NCBI GenBank assembly: GCA_000991405.1
Contig: LBRL01000001.1
Coordinates: forward strand, 625,841 to 689,840
Reading direction: 5' to 3'
Length of the DNA stretch: 64,000 bases
Source: Candidatus Nomurabacteria bacterium GW2011_GWD2_36_14
GTDB taxonomy: Bacteria > Patescibacteriota > Minisyncoccia > Phycocordibacterales > UBA9973
The notes under the pieces were generated by a model. That model made no database searches and was not told where the DNA came from. It saw only the letters and a list, made by a program, of their open reading frames with translations. Both the position numbers and the translations under genes were made by a program. Shown one piece after another: positions 46,668-56,081 of the stretch (within the stretch, counting starts at the first letter, position 1; each line of letters starts with the position of its first letter).

Positions 46668-48668
46668 ATGATAAAAAATATTTTAAAAAAGTTTATAGTT
46701 TTGCTCGGATTGAGTTTTGTTTTAATAGGATTTAATTTTACAAAAGTAACCGCCGAAGATGCTCCTGTTCCTGCACCCATAGAATGTGTAGCGCCACAGA
46801 TTCTAAATGAAGCAAAAGATGCTTGTGTAGATGTGGTTGTAGTACCAGAAAAATTAAAAGAGCAAGTTGTCATTAGAAATGGAGATGTTATTTTATATGA
46901 TGGATTTTATGAGTTACCAGAATCTGGAATAATTTCAATTCCAGATAAAGATGGTGTTGCCCACGATATAAATGCACGTAGTGCTCTTGCTATACTTTAC
47001 GGTATTGATAGTACTAGTGATAACTTTTCAATTTCTACATTGGAATATAGTGGTGTTTATGATTCTCTATACATGAAATGCTTAACTCCAAGTGGGGGAG
47101 AGATCCTTTGTGATAACTGGCAGTATGTTGTAAACGATTCTTATCCATACGTTGGGATGGACAAAAATATTTTAAGTGGAAATGAAAAAATTTACATATA
47201 CTTTGGACAACAGAATAGAGTTCTCTTAAATAAAAATTTAATAAAAGATAACGAAGAATTAAATGTTACTGCTGAAAAGTATGACTATGAGCATAATCTT
47301 TGGCTTTCTCGTAGTGGAGTTACTGTAGGAGTTACCAAACCAGACCCAGCAAATCCATGGACTCCAAATGATGAGATCCAAAAAAAGGTTGATGATGTAA
47401 CTGGCATTGCAATATTCTCATCTGTACCAGAGGGTGAGTATAATGTAGGAATTAAAGAGGATTATTACTGGCCGACTGAAAAACTTGTAGTCACTAAATT
47501 TGTTCCAGAGAATAATGGTGGTGGGGGAGGTTCTAATACTCCTTTACCTCCTAAAACTTTTTCTACTTCCAAAGCTTTCGAATTTCTGTCTTTCAACCAG
47601 AAGAGTGATGGCTCATTTGGAGCTCCAATGTATACAGACTGGGTGGCGATAGCCTCTAAGGCAGGGGACAATGCTGACTTGAAATTGAAACTTACGAATT
47701 ATCTGAAGTCGAATCCTATAGATGGTGGAGTGGTTACTGACTATGAAAGGCGAGCGATGGCACTAATGGCTCTAGGTATAAATCCATACAATGGGACAGA
47801 GGTGAATTATATAAAGAAAATTACAGATAGCTTTGATGGAGTGCAGTTTGGTGATGCGAGCTTGGTAAACGATGATATCTTTGCTTTGATAGTTTTGAAA
47901 AATGCCGGATATACTGGAAGTGATGAAATGATAAATAAAGATGTAAACTATATTGTATCCAAGCAATCTGGTGGATCATGGGGAAGTATAGATATGACAG
48001 GGGCCGGCATCCAGGCCTTGAGAGGATTTGGAAATATTTCTGGTGTGTCTTCTTCAATTTCTTCAGCGGAAAATTATTTAGTTTCGAGTCAGGGAACAGA
48101 TGGAGGATTTGAAAATAATTCCTCGACTTCTTGGGCATTGCAAGCTCTCATAGATGCTAACAGTGTTTCAAAAGCGACTGATTACTTGGCTTCTGGCCAA
48201 CAGTCAGATGGTGGGTTAGAAAATACGATAGACGAGACAGACGTCCGCGTGTGGTCTACGGCTTATGCTATACCCGCAGTGCTACACAAAACATGGAGTA
48301 GTATCTTGGATAATTTCTCTAAACAAGAAGTGGCTCCTGCTCCAGCTTCTTCACCTTCTTTAATACAAGAAATTAAATCAGAAATTGTCGCTCCTGCTAT
48401 AGTAGAAGAAGAAAAGAAAGATCTAGAAGTGCTTCCAAAAGTAGAAGATAAAAAAATAATCAAGCCAATAGTCAGACAGACAACAAAACCGATAATAAAA
48501 ACAAGTGCAACAACAAATACGAAAATAGAGAAGCCTATAGGGAGTCCTCTTTCTGCTAGTGCTATAGGAGTGAGTGAGTCAAACAATAACTTCTTGTCTA
48601 TAGTTCACAATGTGATATCTAAAATAAAGGCACCATTTGTATGGCTTTTGGTTAAGCTCGGGTTCTGA
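46668..48668 (+). CDS. Secreted protein with DUF4430-like and prenyltransferase/squalene-oxidase repeat domains (putative B12 binder)
   Basis: Signal peptide; WQYVVN..YPYVG; QKSDGSFG, QGTDGGF, QQSDGGL repeats. Confidence 0.75.
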   Translation: MIKNILKKFIVLLGLSFVLIGFNFTKVTAEDAPVPAPIECVAPQILNEAKDACVDVVVVPEKLKEQVVIRNGDVILYDGFYELPESGIISIPDKDGVAHDINARSALAILYGIDSTSDNFSISTLEYSGVYDSLYMKCLTPSGGEILCDNWQYVVNDSYPYVGMDKNILSGNEKIYIYFGQQNRVLLNKNLIKDNEELNVTAEKYDYEHNLWLSRSGVTVGVTKPDPANPWTPNDEIQKKVDDVTGIAIFSSVPEGEYNVGIKEDYYWPTEKLVVTKFVPENNGGGGGSNTPLPPKTFSTSKAFEFLSFNQKSDGSFGAPMYTDWVAIASKAGDNADLKLKLTNYLKSNPIDGGVVTDYERRAMALMALGINPYNGTEVNYIKKITDSFDGVQFGDASLVNDDIFALIVLKNAGYTGSDEMINKDVNYIVSKQSGGSWGSIDMTGAGIQALRGFGNISGVSSSISSAENYLVSSQGTDGGFENNSSTSWALQALIDANSVSKATDYLASGQQSDGGLENTIDETDVRVWSTAYAIPAVLHKTWSSILDNFSKQEVAPAPASSPSLIQEIKSEIVAPAIVEEEKKDLEVLPKVEDKKIIKPIVRQTTKPIIKTSATTNTKIEKPIGSPLSASAIGVSESNNNFLSIVHNVISKIKAPFVWLLVKLGF

Positions 48669-48680
48669 TATAATAGTGGA

Positions 48681-49067
48681 ATGAATAAAACAAAATTTTT
48701 TATTATATTTACAGTTATTATAGTGTTACTAGTTGGGGGATTTGGGGTTTATATGACTAAAGCAAATATTAAGCAATCAACAAAACTTGATGGTTTTGCT
48801 CAGTGTTTGAAAAGTAGTGGAGTGGAGTTTTATGGAACGTTTTGGTGTTCTCATTGTCAAAATCAAAAGAAACTTTTTGGATCTTCTAAACAATATCTTC
48901 CTTATATAGAATGTTCTACTCCCGATGGAACAGGTCAACTCCAAGTTTGTAAAGATAAAGGAATAGAAGGTTATCCAACTTGGATATTTAAAGACGGGTC
49001 CCGTCTCTCTGGAGAATTATCACTTCAAACATTAGCAGAGAAGACAAATTGTATCTTGCCAGAATAG
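48681..49067 (+). CDS. Membrane-anchored thioredoxin-like protein
   Basis: FYGTFWCSHC, YIECS, IEGYPTW. Confidence 0.85.
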   Translation: MNKTKFFIIFTVIIVLLVGGFGVYMTKANIKQSTKLDGFAQCLKSSGVEFYGTFWCSHCQNQKKLFGSSKQYLPYIECSTPDGTGQLQVCKDKGIEGYPTWIFKDGSRLSGELSLQTLAEKTNCILPE

Positions 49068-49080
49068 AGTATTAAAATAT

Positions 49081-49629
49081 ATGCCAGCATATCTAGACAC
49101 AGTGAATAAGATTTTAGCCTTGGGGACGATCTTTCTCCAAGTAGTTATTCTAAGTGTCCTAATAATTTTAATTTTCTTTAGAAGTAGGAATAATCCTCTA
49201 TTACTCTTCTTCAAGAAATATACTTTCATCCTTGGATTCTTGGGAGCATTGGGGGCATTTAGTTTATCTCTCTTTTATTCTGAAATAATTGGCTTCCCAC
49301 CTTGTGAGCTTTGCTGGATTCAGAGAATATTCTTGTACCCTCAACTAATACTATTTGGAATGGAACTCTACAAGAGAGATAAATCAATCGTGGATTTCAG
49401 CTTGGTCTTTGCTATTATCGGTTCAATAGTCTCTATCTATCATATATTTGTAGAAACTGGATTAACTTCTGGTCCTTCGTGTGCAGATCCATCTCGTGGG
49501 GGAGTCTCTTGCGCAATTCGATATATCTATGAATTCGGCTACGTTACTATGCCAGTCATGGCTCTAACATTATCACTATTTATAATTGTACTTCTGGTCA
49601 ATTATAAATACATGGCAAGAGTGAAATAA
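49081..49629 (+). CDS. Disulfide bond formation protein, DsbB/BdbC family
   Basis: PCELCWIQRIFLYP, second Cys pair, TM helices. Confidence 0.88.
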   Translation: MPAYLDTVNKILALGTIFLQVVILSVLIILIFFRSRNNPLLLFFKKYTFILGFLGALGAFSLSLFYSEIIGFPPCELCWIQRIFLYPQLILFGMELYKRDKSIVDFSLVFAIIGSIVSIYHIFVETGLTSGPSCADPSRGGVSCAIRYIYEFGYVTMPVMALTLSLFIIVLLVNYKYMARVK

Positions 49630-49678
49630 ACGTCATTTGGCATATTTCAGCCATGGCGTAAATATGCCAAATAGAAAT

Positions 49679-51382
49679 ATGGAACAAAAATTAGAAAAAA
49701 GGATATGTCAGAATTGTAGGCTTCAATTTACAATAGAGCCAGATGACTTTTCTTTTTATGAGAAAATAAAGGTTCCAGCGCCGACTTTCTGTCCGGAGTG
49801 TCGGATGCAAAGAAGATTTACTTTTAGAAATGAAAGAGTATTGCATAGAAATAAATGTGCTAAAACTGGTAAAAGTGTAATCAGCTGTTTCTCTAGCGAA
49901 TCCCCATTTATTATTTATGACAGAGATATATGGTGGAGTGATAAATGGGACCCGACAGAATATGGTATGGATTATGACTTTTCAAGACCATTTTTTAAAC
50001 AATTTAGGGAACTATTGGAAAAGGTTCCACAGCCCAATCTTTTTATAGGTAAATGTACTGATACTTTATATGGCAATCACATTGGAGAATTTAAAAATTC
50101 TTACTTAGTCTCGGCTTCTTGGTTGGGGGAAAATATAAATTATGCTTCTCGTTGTAATGAAAGCAAGGATTCTATGGATATGTTTACAACAGTAAATTGT
50201 GAGTTTTGTTATGATGATGTTTCTTGTGTTAAGTGTTACGAAACTTTCTATTCACAGAATGCTGTATCTTGTGTCAGTTCCTATTTTCTTTATGATTGTA
50301 AAAATTGTACGAACTGTTTTGGCTGTACAAATTTAAGAAACAAATCTTATTGTATTTGGAATGAACAGTTGACTAAAGAAGAATACTTTAAAAAATTAAG
50401 TGAATTAAATATAGGAAATTATAATAATTTTAAAAAAATTAAAGAAGAATTTAATAAGTTTAAACTTTCAGCATTGAGAAGATTTTCTAATATAGTAAAT
50501 TCAAGTAATGTTAGCGGTGATGACATAACCAATGCGAGTAATTCTCATGATTGTTTCTATGTAGCCAATAATATAAAAGATTGTAGGTTTCTAATAAATG
50601 CGATTGATCGTTTAAATGATTCATATGATGGATATGGAGTAGGAGCCAATACACAGCTTCTTTATGAAGGAATTGACTCAGGTGTAAATGGTTCTATGCA
50701 ACTTTTTACAGCAACTTCTTGGGAGTGTTTAAATACAGAATATTCTTATAATTGTCATGGTTGTAACAATCTTTTTGCTTGTGTGGGTTTGAGGGAAAAT
50801 AGTTATTGTATTTTTAATAAACAGTATTCAAAAGGAGAATATATTGAACTTAAGAAAAAAATCATAGAACATATGAATAATATTCCTTATACAGATAAGA
50901 AGGGGAATGTATATAAATATGGAGAGTTTTTCCCTGCGGAGATTTCTCCATTTGGGTATAACGAAACTGTTGCAGAGGATTATTTTCCACTTTCTGAAGA
51001 TGATATAAAAAGTAATGGATATAATTTTCTTAATCCTGACAAATCAGGATATACAATTACGCATACAAGTAAAGACATACCAGATGATATCAAAGATATT
51101 AAAGAAACAATCCTTGATTATATTATAGAATGTGAATCTTGTAATAAAGGGTATAAAATAATCCAATCAGAATATGAATTTCTGAAGAGATTTAACTTAC
51201 CTATACCAAGAAAATGTTTTGAATGTAGGCATAAAGATCGTTTTAATCAAGTGAATCCTCCAAAGCTCTGGCATAGATCCTGCATGAAAGAAGGCTGTAC
51301 GAATACCTTTGAGACGAGTTATGTTCCTGAGAGGCCGGAGATTATATACTGTGAGAAGTGCTACCAGAATGAGGTGTATTAG
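49679..51382 (+). CDS. Cys-rich ~570 aa paralog 4
   Basis: Same terminal motifs; ATG 49679 matches paralog N-termini. Confidence 0.85.
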   Translation: MEQKLEKRICQNCRLQFTIEPDDFSFYEKIKVPAPTFCPECRMQRRFTFRNERVLHRNKCAKTGKSVISCFSSESPFIIYDRDIWWSDKWDPTEYGMDYDFSRPFFKQFRELLEKVPQPNLFIGKCTDTLYGNHIGEFKNSYLVSASWLGENINYASRCNESKDSMDMFTTVNCEFCYDDVSCVKCYETFYSQNAVSCVSSYFLYDCKNCTNCFGCTNLRNKSYCIWNEQLTKEEYFKKLSELNIGNYNNFKKIKEEFNKFKLSALRRFSNIVNSSNVSGDDITNASNSHDCFYVANNIKDCRFLINAIDRLNDSYDGYGVGANTQLLYEGIDSGVNGSMQLFTATSWECLNTEYSYNCHGCNNLFACVGLRENSYCIFNKQYSKGEYIELKKKIIEHMNNIPYTDKKGNVYKYGEFFPAEISPFGYNETVAEDYFPLSEDDIKSNGYNFLNPDKSGYTITHTSKDIPDDIKDIKETILDYIIECESCNKGYKIIQSEYEFLKRFNLPIPRKCFECRHKDRFNQVNPPKLWHRSCMKEGCTNTFETSYVPERPEIIYCEKCYQNEVY

Positions 51383-51475
51383 AAAATTAACCCAGTAGGT
51401 GGTTTTACTGAATCAGAATTAAAAAATTCCAGTCTAAACTGGGATTTTTTGTTTTTTATTTGGTATAATGTTTAC

Positions 51476-53239
51476 ATGCATATCGATGAAACTACGATTA
51501 TAAATCTTTTAAATACTTCGGGGCTAGTCAGTAAGACGGACGTGGCGATGGCGGTCAAGAAAGCGAAAGAAACCAATCAGACACTTGGGGCGGTTCTGAT
51601 GAGTGATGGCAAACTTACTGAGAAGGACTGGAATAGTATGCAGGCGGTGTCGCTTGGAATCCCATTTGTTAGCTTGAAAGGGGAGAAGATTGCTCCTGAA
51701 GTTTTGAATCTTATCCCTGAGCCTATTGCTCGCAACAATAATATAATTGCATATAAGAAGTCAGCCTCTGGACTTGAAGTTGCAATGCTAGATGTAGACA
51801 ACTTGCCAGTTATCGACTTTATCAAAAAGAAAGTGGGACTTCGAATCCTACCACGTATGACTTCCTCTGACTCTATCAAGGAAGCACTTTCTCTATACAA
51901 GAAAAGTCTACAAGCAGACTTTGAAGATATTATAAAGAAAGAGACTGGGACTTTGGGATCTATAGTGGATAATGCTTTCGCAGGAGAGAAGACAGACAAC
52001 AGCCAAAAGACAGAAAAGGAACTTGCTGAAGATCTACCTATCGTGAAAATTGTCGATACACTTATCTCCCATGCTATCCTTCAGGGATCTTCTGACATAC
52101 ATATTGAACCTGGGGAAGAGTCGCTCATAGTTCGCTATCGTATTGATGGAATTCTACATGACGCCATGGTACTTCCGAAAGATACTGCTCCCGGAATTGT
52201 GGCACGTATCAAAGTACTTTCTAACTTGAAACTTGACGAGAAGCGATTGCCTCAAGACGGACGTTTTAAAATTATAAATGATTCTGGGAGAGTTTCCTTC
52301 CGTGTTTCTACTTTACCTACATACTTTGGAGAGAAGACAGTCATACGTATTTTGCGAGAAAATGCTAAAGGTTTCTCGCTTGAGGGCTTGGGCTTCCACG
52401 GGGAAGCACTTGAGAGAATTCATAGAGGAATGAAGAAAAGAAATGGAATGTTGCTCGCTGCTGGACCAACTGGATCTGGTAAGACCACGACTCTATATAC
52501 AATGCTTGATATATTGAACACTCCAGATGTAAATATTTCGACGGTTGAAGACCCTATCGAATATCAAATGGCAAGAATAAACCAAACTCAGACCAAATCC
52601 GAAATAGGGCTAACCTTTGCCAATGGACTTCGTACTCTTCTTCGTCAGGACCCTGACATCATCATGGTGGGAGAGATTCGTGATGGAGAGACTGCCTCTC
52701 TAGCGGTGAATGCATCGCTAACAGGGCACTTGGTGCTTTCAACTATACACACCAACTCAGCGGCAGGAGCTATACCACGTATGATAGATATGGGAGTGGA
52801 ACCATTCCTCATCGTATCGACAGTCAAGACAGTAATCGCTCAGCGTTTAGTTCGTAAACTTTCAGAAGAGAAAGAAAAGTACAACTTGAGTAAAGTAGAG
52901 CTCACCGCTTTAAGTAAGGTTGTAAACTTGGATGTAGTTCTCGATACACTGAAGAAGGAAAAGATTGTGAAGGACGATGCTACATGGGAAGAGATACCAT
53001 TCTATAAACCAAAGCCCAACAAAGACTCACCGGATGGCTACAAGGGGCGCGTCGGGATTCATGAAGTACTAGAAGTTAGTAGTACTATCAAGGAAATGAT
53101 TCTAAAGAATTCTTCGGCTGACGACTTAGAAAAAATAGCCAAGAAAGAAGGTATGATGACAATGCTTGAAGATGGAATCTTCCTAGTGGCATCAGGAGTT
53201 ACTTCTACCGAAGAAGTTCTTCGTGTGGTGTCGGAATAA
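51476..53239 (+). CDS. pilB: Type IV pilus assembly ATPase PilB/GspE
   Basis: SDIHIEP, RLPQDGR, GPTGSGKTTT, LRQDPDIIMVGEIRD. Confidence 0.95.
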   Translation: MHIDETTIINLLNTSGLVSKTDVAMAVKKAKETNQTLGAVLMSDGKLTEKDWNSMQAVSLGIPFVSLKGEKIAPEVLNLIPEPIARNNNIIAYKKSASGLEVAMLDVDNLPVIDFIKKKVGLRILPRMTSSDSIKEALSLYKKSLQADFEDIIKKETGTLGSIVDNAFAGEKTDNSQKTEKELAEDLPIVKIVDTLISHAILQGSSDIHIEPGEESLIVRYRIDGILHDAMVLPKDTAPGIVARIKVLSNLKLDEKRLPQDGRFKIINDSGRVSFRVSTLPTYFGEKTVIRILRENAKGFSLEGLGFHGEALERIHRGMKKRNGMLLAAGPTGSGKTTTLYTMLDILNTPDVNISTVEDPIEYQMARINQTQTKSEIGLTFANGLRTLLRQDPDIIMVGEIRDGETASLAVNASLTGHLVLSTIHTNSAAGAIPRMIDMGVEPFLIVSTVKTVIAQRLVRKLSEEKEKYNLSKVELTALSKVVNLDVVLDTLKKEKIVKDDATWEEIPFYKPKPNKDSPDGYKGRVGIHEVLEVSSTIKEMILKNSSADDLEKIAKKEGMMTMLEDGIFLVASGVTSTEEVLRVVSE

Positions 53240-53244
53240 TATGG

Positions 53245-53285
53245 CCACATGTCGGACTTGTGGAATCCACAAGTCCGACATGTGG
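53245..53285. repeat. REP doublet (perfect 20 bp inverted repeat)
   Basis: CCACATGTCGGACTTGTGGA-A-TCCACAAGTCCGACATGTGG. Confidence 0.85.
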
Positions 53286-53295
53286 ACGAATAGAT

Positions 53296-54510
53296 ATGAA
53301 ATTTAAATACAAAGAACAAAATAAAGAAGGATCTATAGTAGAAGGGCTTGCAGAAGCCCCGGATACATTTGCCCTAGCAAGGGAGATTAGAGAGAGGGGG
53401 TCTGTCCCTCTCTCAGTAAAGGAATATAATGAAAAAGAATTTAAATTCTCTTTTAATCTTGAAATTTTCGGAGGTGTTTCTCTGTCTGAGAAGATAATGT
53501 TTACTAATAATCTGAGTGGAATGCTCTCAGCCGGTCTATCTCTCACTCGAGCTCTCTCTGTCCTAGAAAAGCAGACTACCAATAAATTCTTCAACAACAT
53601 CTTAAAGAGCTTGATAGACGATATAAACAAGGGAGGCACACTTTCCTCTGGTATGAAAAAGTTCCCGAAAGTCTTCTCGGGAGTTTTCGTTTCCATGGTT
53701 CACTCTGGAGAAGAGTCAGGCGGTCTACCTAAGACACTCTCCGAGGTAGGTATGACCCTGAAGAAGACTTATGATTTAAATAGGAAAATAAAAGGAGCTC
53801 TTATCTATCCTAGTATCATTGTAGCGGCGATATTCATCATTGGAATTCTAATGATGATATACGTGGTGCCAACTTTGACTAAAACTTTCACCGATACAGG
53901 AGTAGAACTACCAGCACCTACAAAAGTCATAATCTTTATTTCCAATATGCTCTCTCAACACTTCTTACTATTTGCCTTAGTTATAGGATTGGTTATAGGT
54001 TCGGGGTTCTTGTTTGCTAAGTTGAAATTTACCCAAAGGTATTTTGACATATTTATCCTTAAGCTACCAATGTTAGGCACTCTTATAAAAGAGATGAATA
54101 CAGCTAGAACTGCCCGAACTCTTTCCTCGCTATTGGCCTCTGGAGTAGATGTATCAAGGGCATTAGAGATCACAGAAGAAGTCTTACAGAACGTTCACTA
54201 TAAAGAGCTAATTCACAATGCTATAGGTTCTATAGAAAAAGGAGTAGCTCTCTCTGAATCTTTCAAGGCCAACACGCATCTCTATCCTATCATGGTGGGG
54301 GAAATGATTGAGGTAGGAGAAGAAACCGGTAAGCTCTCTCAAATGCTTATAGATATAGCCGTATTCTATGAGACAGAAGTCGACAATAAAACCAAGAATC
54401 TCTCGACTATCATAGAGCCAGTGCTGATGATATTCATAGGAGTAGCCGTTGGCTTCTTTGCTATTGCGATGATTAAGCCTATGTATACAGTAATGGATAA
54501 TATTAATTAA
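53296..54510 (+). CDS. pilC: Type IV pilus platform protein PilC/GspF
   Basis: MKFKY start, GEESGGL, ALIYP, GEETGKL, IIEP. Confidence 0.93.
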   Translation: MKFKYKEQNKEGSIVEGLAEAPDTFALAREIRERGSVPLSVKEYNEKEFKFSFNLEIFGGVSLSEKIMFTNNLSGMLSAGLSLTRALSVLEKQTTNKFFNNILKSLIDDINKGGTLSSGMKKFPKVFSGVFVSMVHSGEESGGLPKTLSEVGMTLKKTYDLNRKIKGALIYPSIIVAAIFIIGILMMIYVVPTLTKTFTDTGVELPAPTKVIIFISNMLSQHFLLFALVIGLVIGSGFLFAKLKFTQRYFDIFILKLPMLGTLIKEMNTARTARTLSSLLASGVDVSRALEITEEVLQNVHYKELIHNAIGSIEKGVALSESFKANTHLYPIMVGEMIEVGEETGKLSQMLIDIAVFYETEVDNKTKNLSTIIEPVLMIFIGVAVGFFAIAMIKPMYTVMDNIN

Positions 54511-54515
54511 TAATT

Positions 54516-55001
54516 ATGAAAAATAAATACAACAAAGGGTTCACCATGTTAGAATTATTGATAGTAATTGTCATTATAGGAATAATTTCTTCTATTGTTT
54601 TAGTAAATCTGTCTTCCTTTCGCAACGAGCAAGCATTACGTAATACAGCGGTTGATATTGTTGCTCTACTAAATAAAGCTCGGCAAAACACTATTTCCTC
54701 TGTGAATTCAAGCAACTATAGCGTCCATTTTGAATCTGGTAGAGCTGTGCTATTTACTGGCAGTACGTATTCTTCGTCAAATAGTACCAATGAACCTATT
54801 GATTTTAGTCCAGTTGTTGCTATTCCTGCCACTGGGGGAATAAATATATCGGGTGGAGGGAGCGATATCACCTTTGAACGTTTAACAGGGGGAGTTATCA
54901 ATGGTACAATTGATAGTACTGTGGTGTTAGAATTAGTTTCTGATTCCACGAAACAAAAAACGATTACAATTAGCAAGATGGGAGTTGTAAGCTTAAATTA
55001 A
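54516..55001 (+). CDS. Type IV minor pilin (FimT/GspH-like)
   Basis: Prepilin motif KGFTMLELLIVI. Confidence 0.88.
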   Translation: MKNKYNKGFTMLELLIVIVIIGIISSIVLVNLSSFRNEQALRNTAVDIVALLNKARQNTISSVNSSNYSVHFESGRAVLFTGSTYSSSNSTNEPIDFSPVVAIPATGGINISGGGSDITFERLTGGVINGTIDSTVVLELVSDSTKQKTITISKMGVVSLN

Positions 55002-55529
55002 ATGATTAACTTAAATAAAAATAAAAAGAAGTTATTATCTGGATTTACAATAATTGAGGTTCTTGTAGCTTGCGCTATTATCTCGATCTCTATGTTTGCT
55101 CTAATGCAGACAGCACAAAAGGGGATACAACTCTCAGGTGTAGCCTTGAAGAAATCTCAAGCCAGCTTTCTCTTGGAAGAGGGGGCGGAAGCCGTGAAGT
55201 CTATTCGTGACAACAACTGGACAACTATATCTAATTTAAGTTTAAGTCCTACACAATATCATTTATTCTTCAATAATAGTTCGTCTGCTTGGGTTCTAGA
55301 CACTAGTAGTACTAGCTTGGTGGGGAGTACGACCGTATATCCACTAAATGGTTTCGATCGCAAGGTTACCATTTACTCTGTAGGTAGAGATGACAGTGAT
55401 GATATCCTAGAGTCAGGTGGAACTATAGACCCACGTACGAAGAAAGTGACAGTCGAAGTGAGCTGGAACTCTTCTGGTGTAGCTAACACCAAGAGTTTGT
55501 CATTTTATATTACTGATATTTTTAATTAA
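55002..55529 (+). CDS. Type IV minor pilin (PilV-like)
   Basis: SGFTIIEVLVA; KKVTVEVSW. Confidence 0.85.
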   Translation: MINLNKNKKKLLSGFTIIEVLVACAIISISMFALMQTAQKGIQLSGVALKKSQASFLLEEGAEAVKSIRDNNWTTISNLSLSPTQYHLFFNNSSSAWVLDTSSTSLVGSTTVYPLNGFDRKVTIYSVGRDDSDDILESGGTIDPRTKKVTVEVSWNSSGVANTKSLSFYITDIFN

Positions 55530-55534
55530 TAACA

Positions 55535-56047
55535 ATGAATATATTTAGAATAAATTTAAATAAAGGGATCGGTATTATAGAGATAATTATCTATCTATCG
55601 ATATTCACTATAGTATCTGTCGTCGTCGTGAATTCATTTATTGTAATACTGGCATCATTCTCAAATACTAGAAGTAATCAAGATTTGTTAAACTCCGGAT
55701 CTGTTTCGATGGATAGAATTTCTCACGAAATACGACAAGCCAAGAATATAGATATGATAAACAGTGTTTTCAATTCTAATTCTGGTGTTTTGCGTCTGAA
55801 TAATGTGGATGGAACAAGCTATATTCAAATTGAAAAGAATGGGAATGCCCTAGAGTTATATAGCAACGGCGTACTTGTGGGGAACCTATTGTCACAAAAT
55901 ATTTATCTAAACAAGTTGATATTTAATCGTATTTCAACTCCAAATAGTGAAGCAGTAAAGATAGAAATGGAATTACAAGACTCTCGTAGTAAAACTGGTA
56001 AAACAGAAACTTTATACAATACGATAATTTTAAGAGGAGGGTATTAA
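55535..56047 (+). CDS. Type IV minor pilin (PilW-like)
   Basis: KGIGIIEIIIY; MDRISHEIRQA. Confidence 0.8.
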   Translation: MNIFRINLNKGIGIIEIIIYLSIFTIVSVVVVNSFIVILASFSNTRSNQDLLNSGSVSMDRISHEIRQAKNIDMINSVFNSNSGVLRLNNVDGTSYIQIEKNGNALELYSNGVLVGNLLSQNIYLNKLIFNRISTPNSEAVKIEMELQDSRSKTGKTETLYNTIILRGGY

Positions 56048-56081
56048 ATAATTAATAATGAAGAATTACTAATTAATAATT

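Noticed and set aside
53260-53295. N-terminal extension of PilC (MESTSPTCGRID)
   Set aside because: It is translation of the REP doublet; ATG 53296 gives a typical PilC start.
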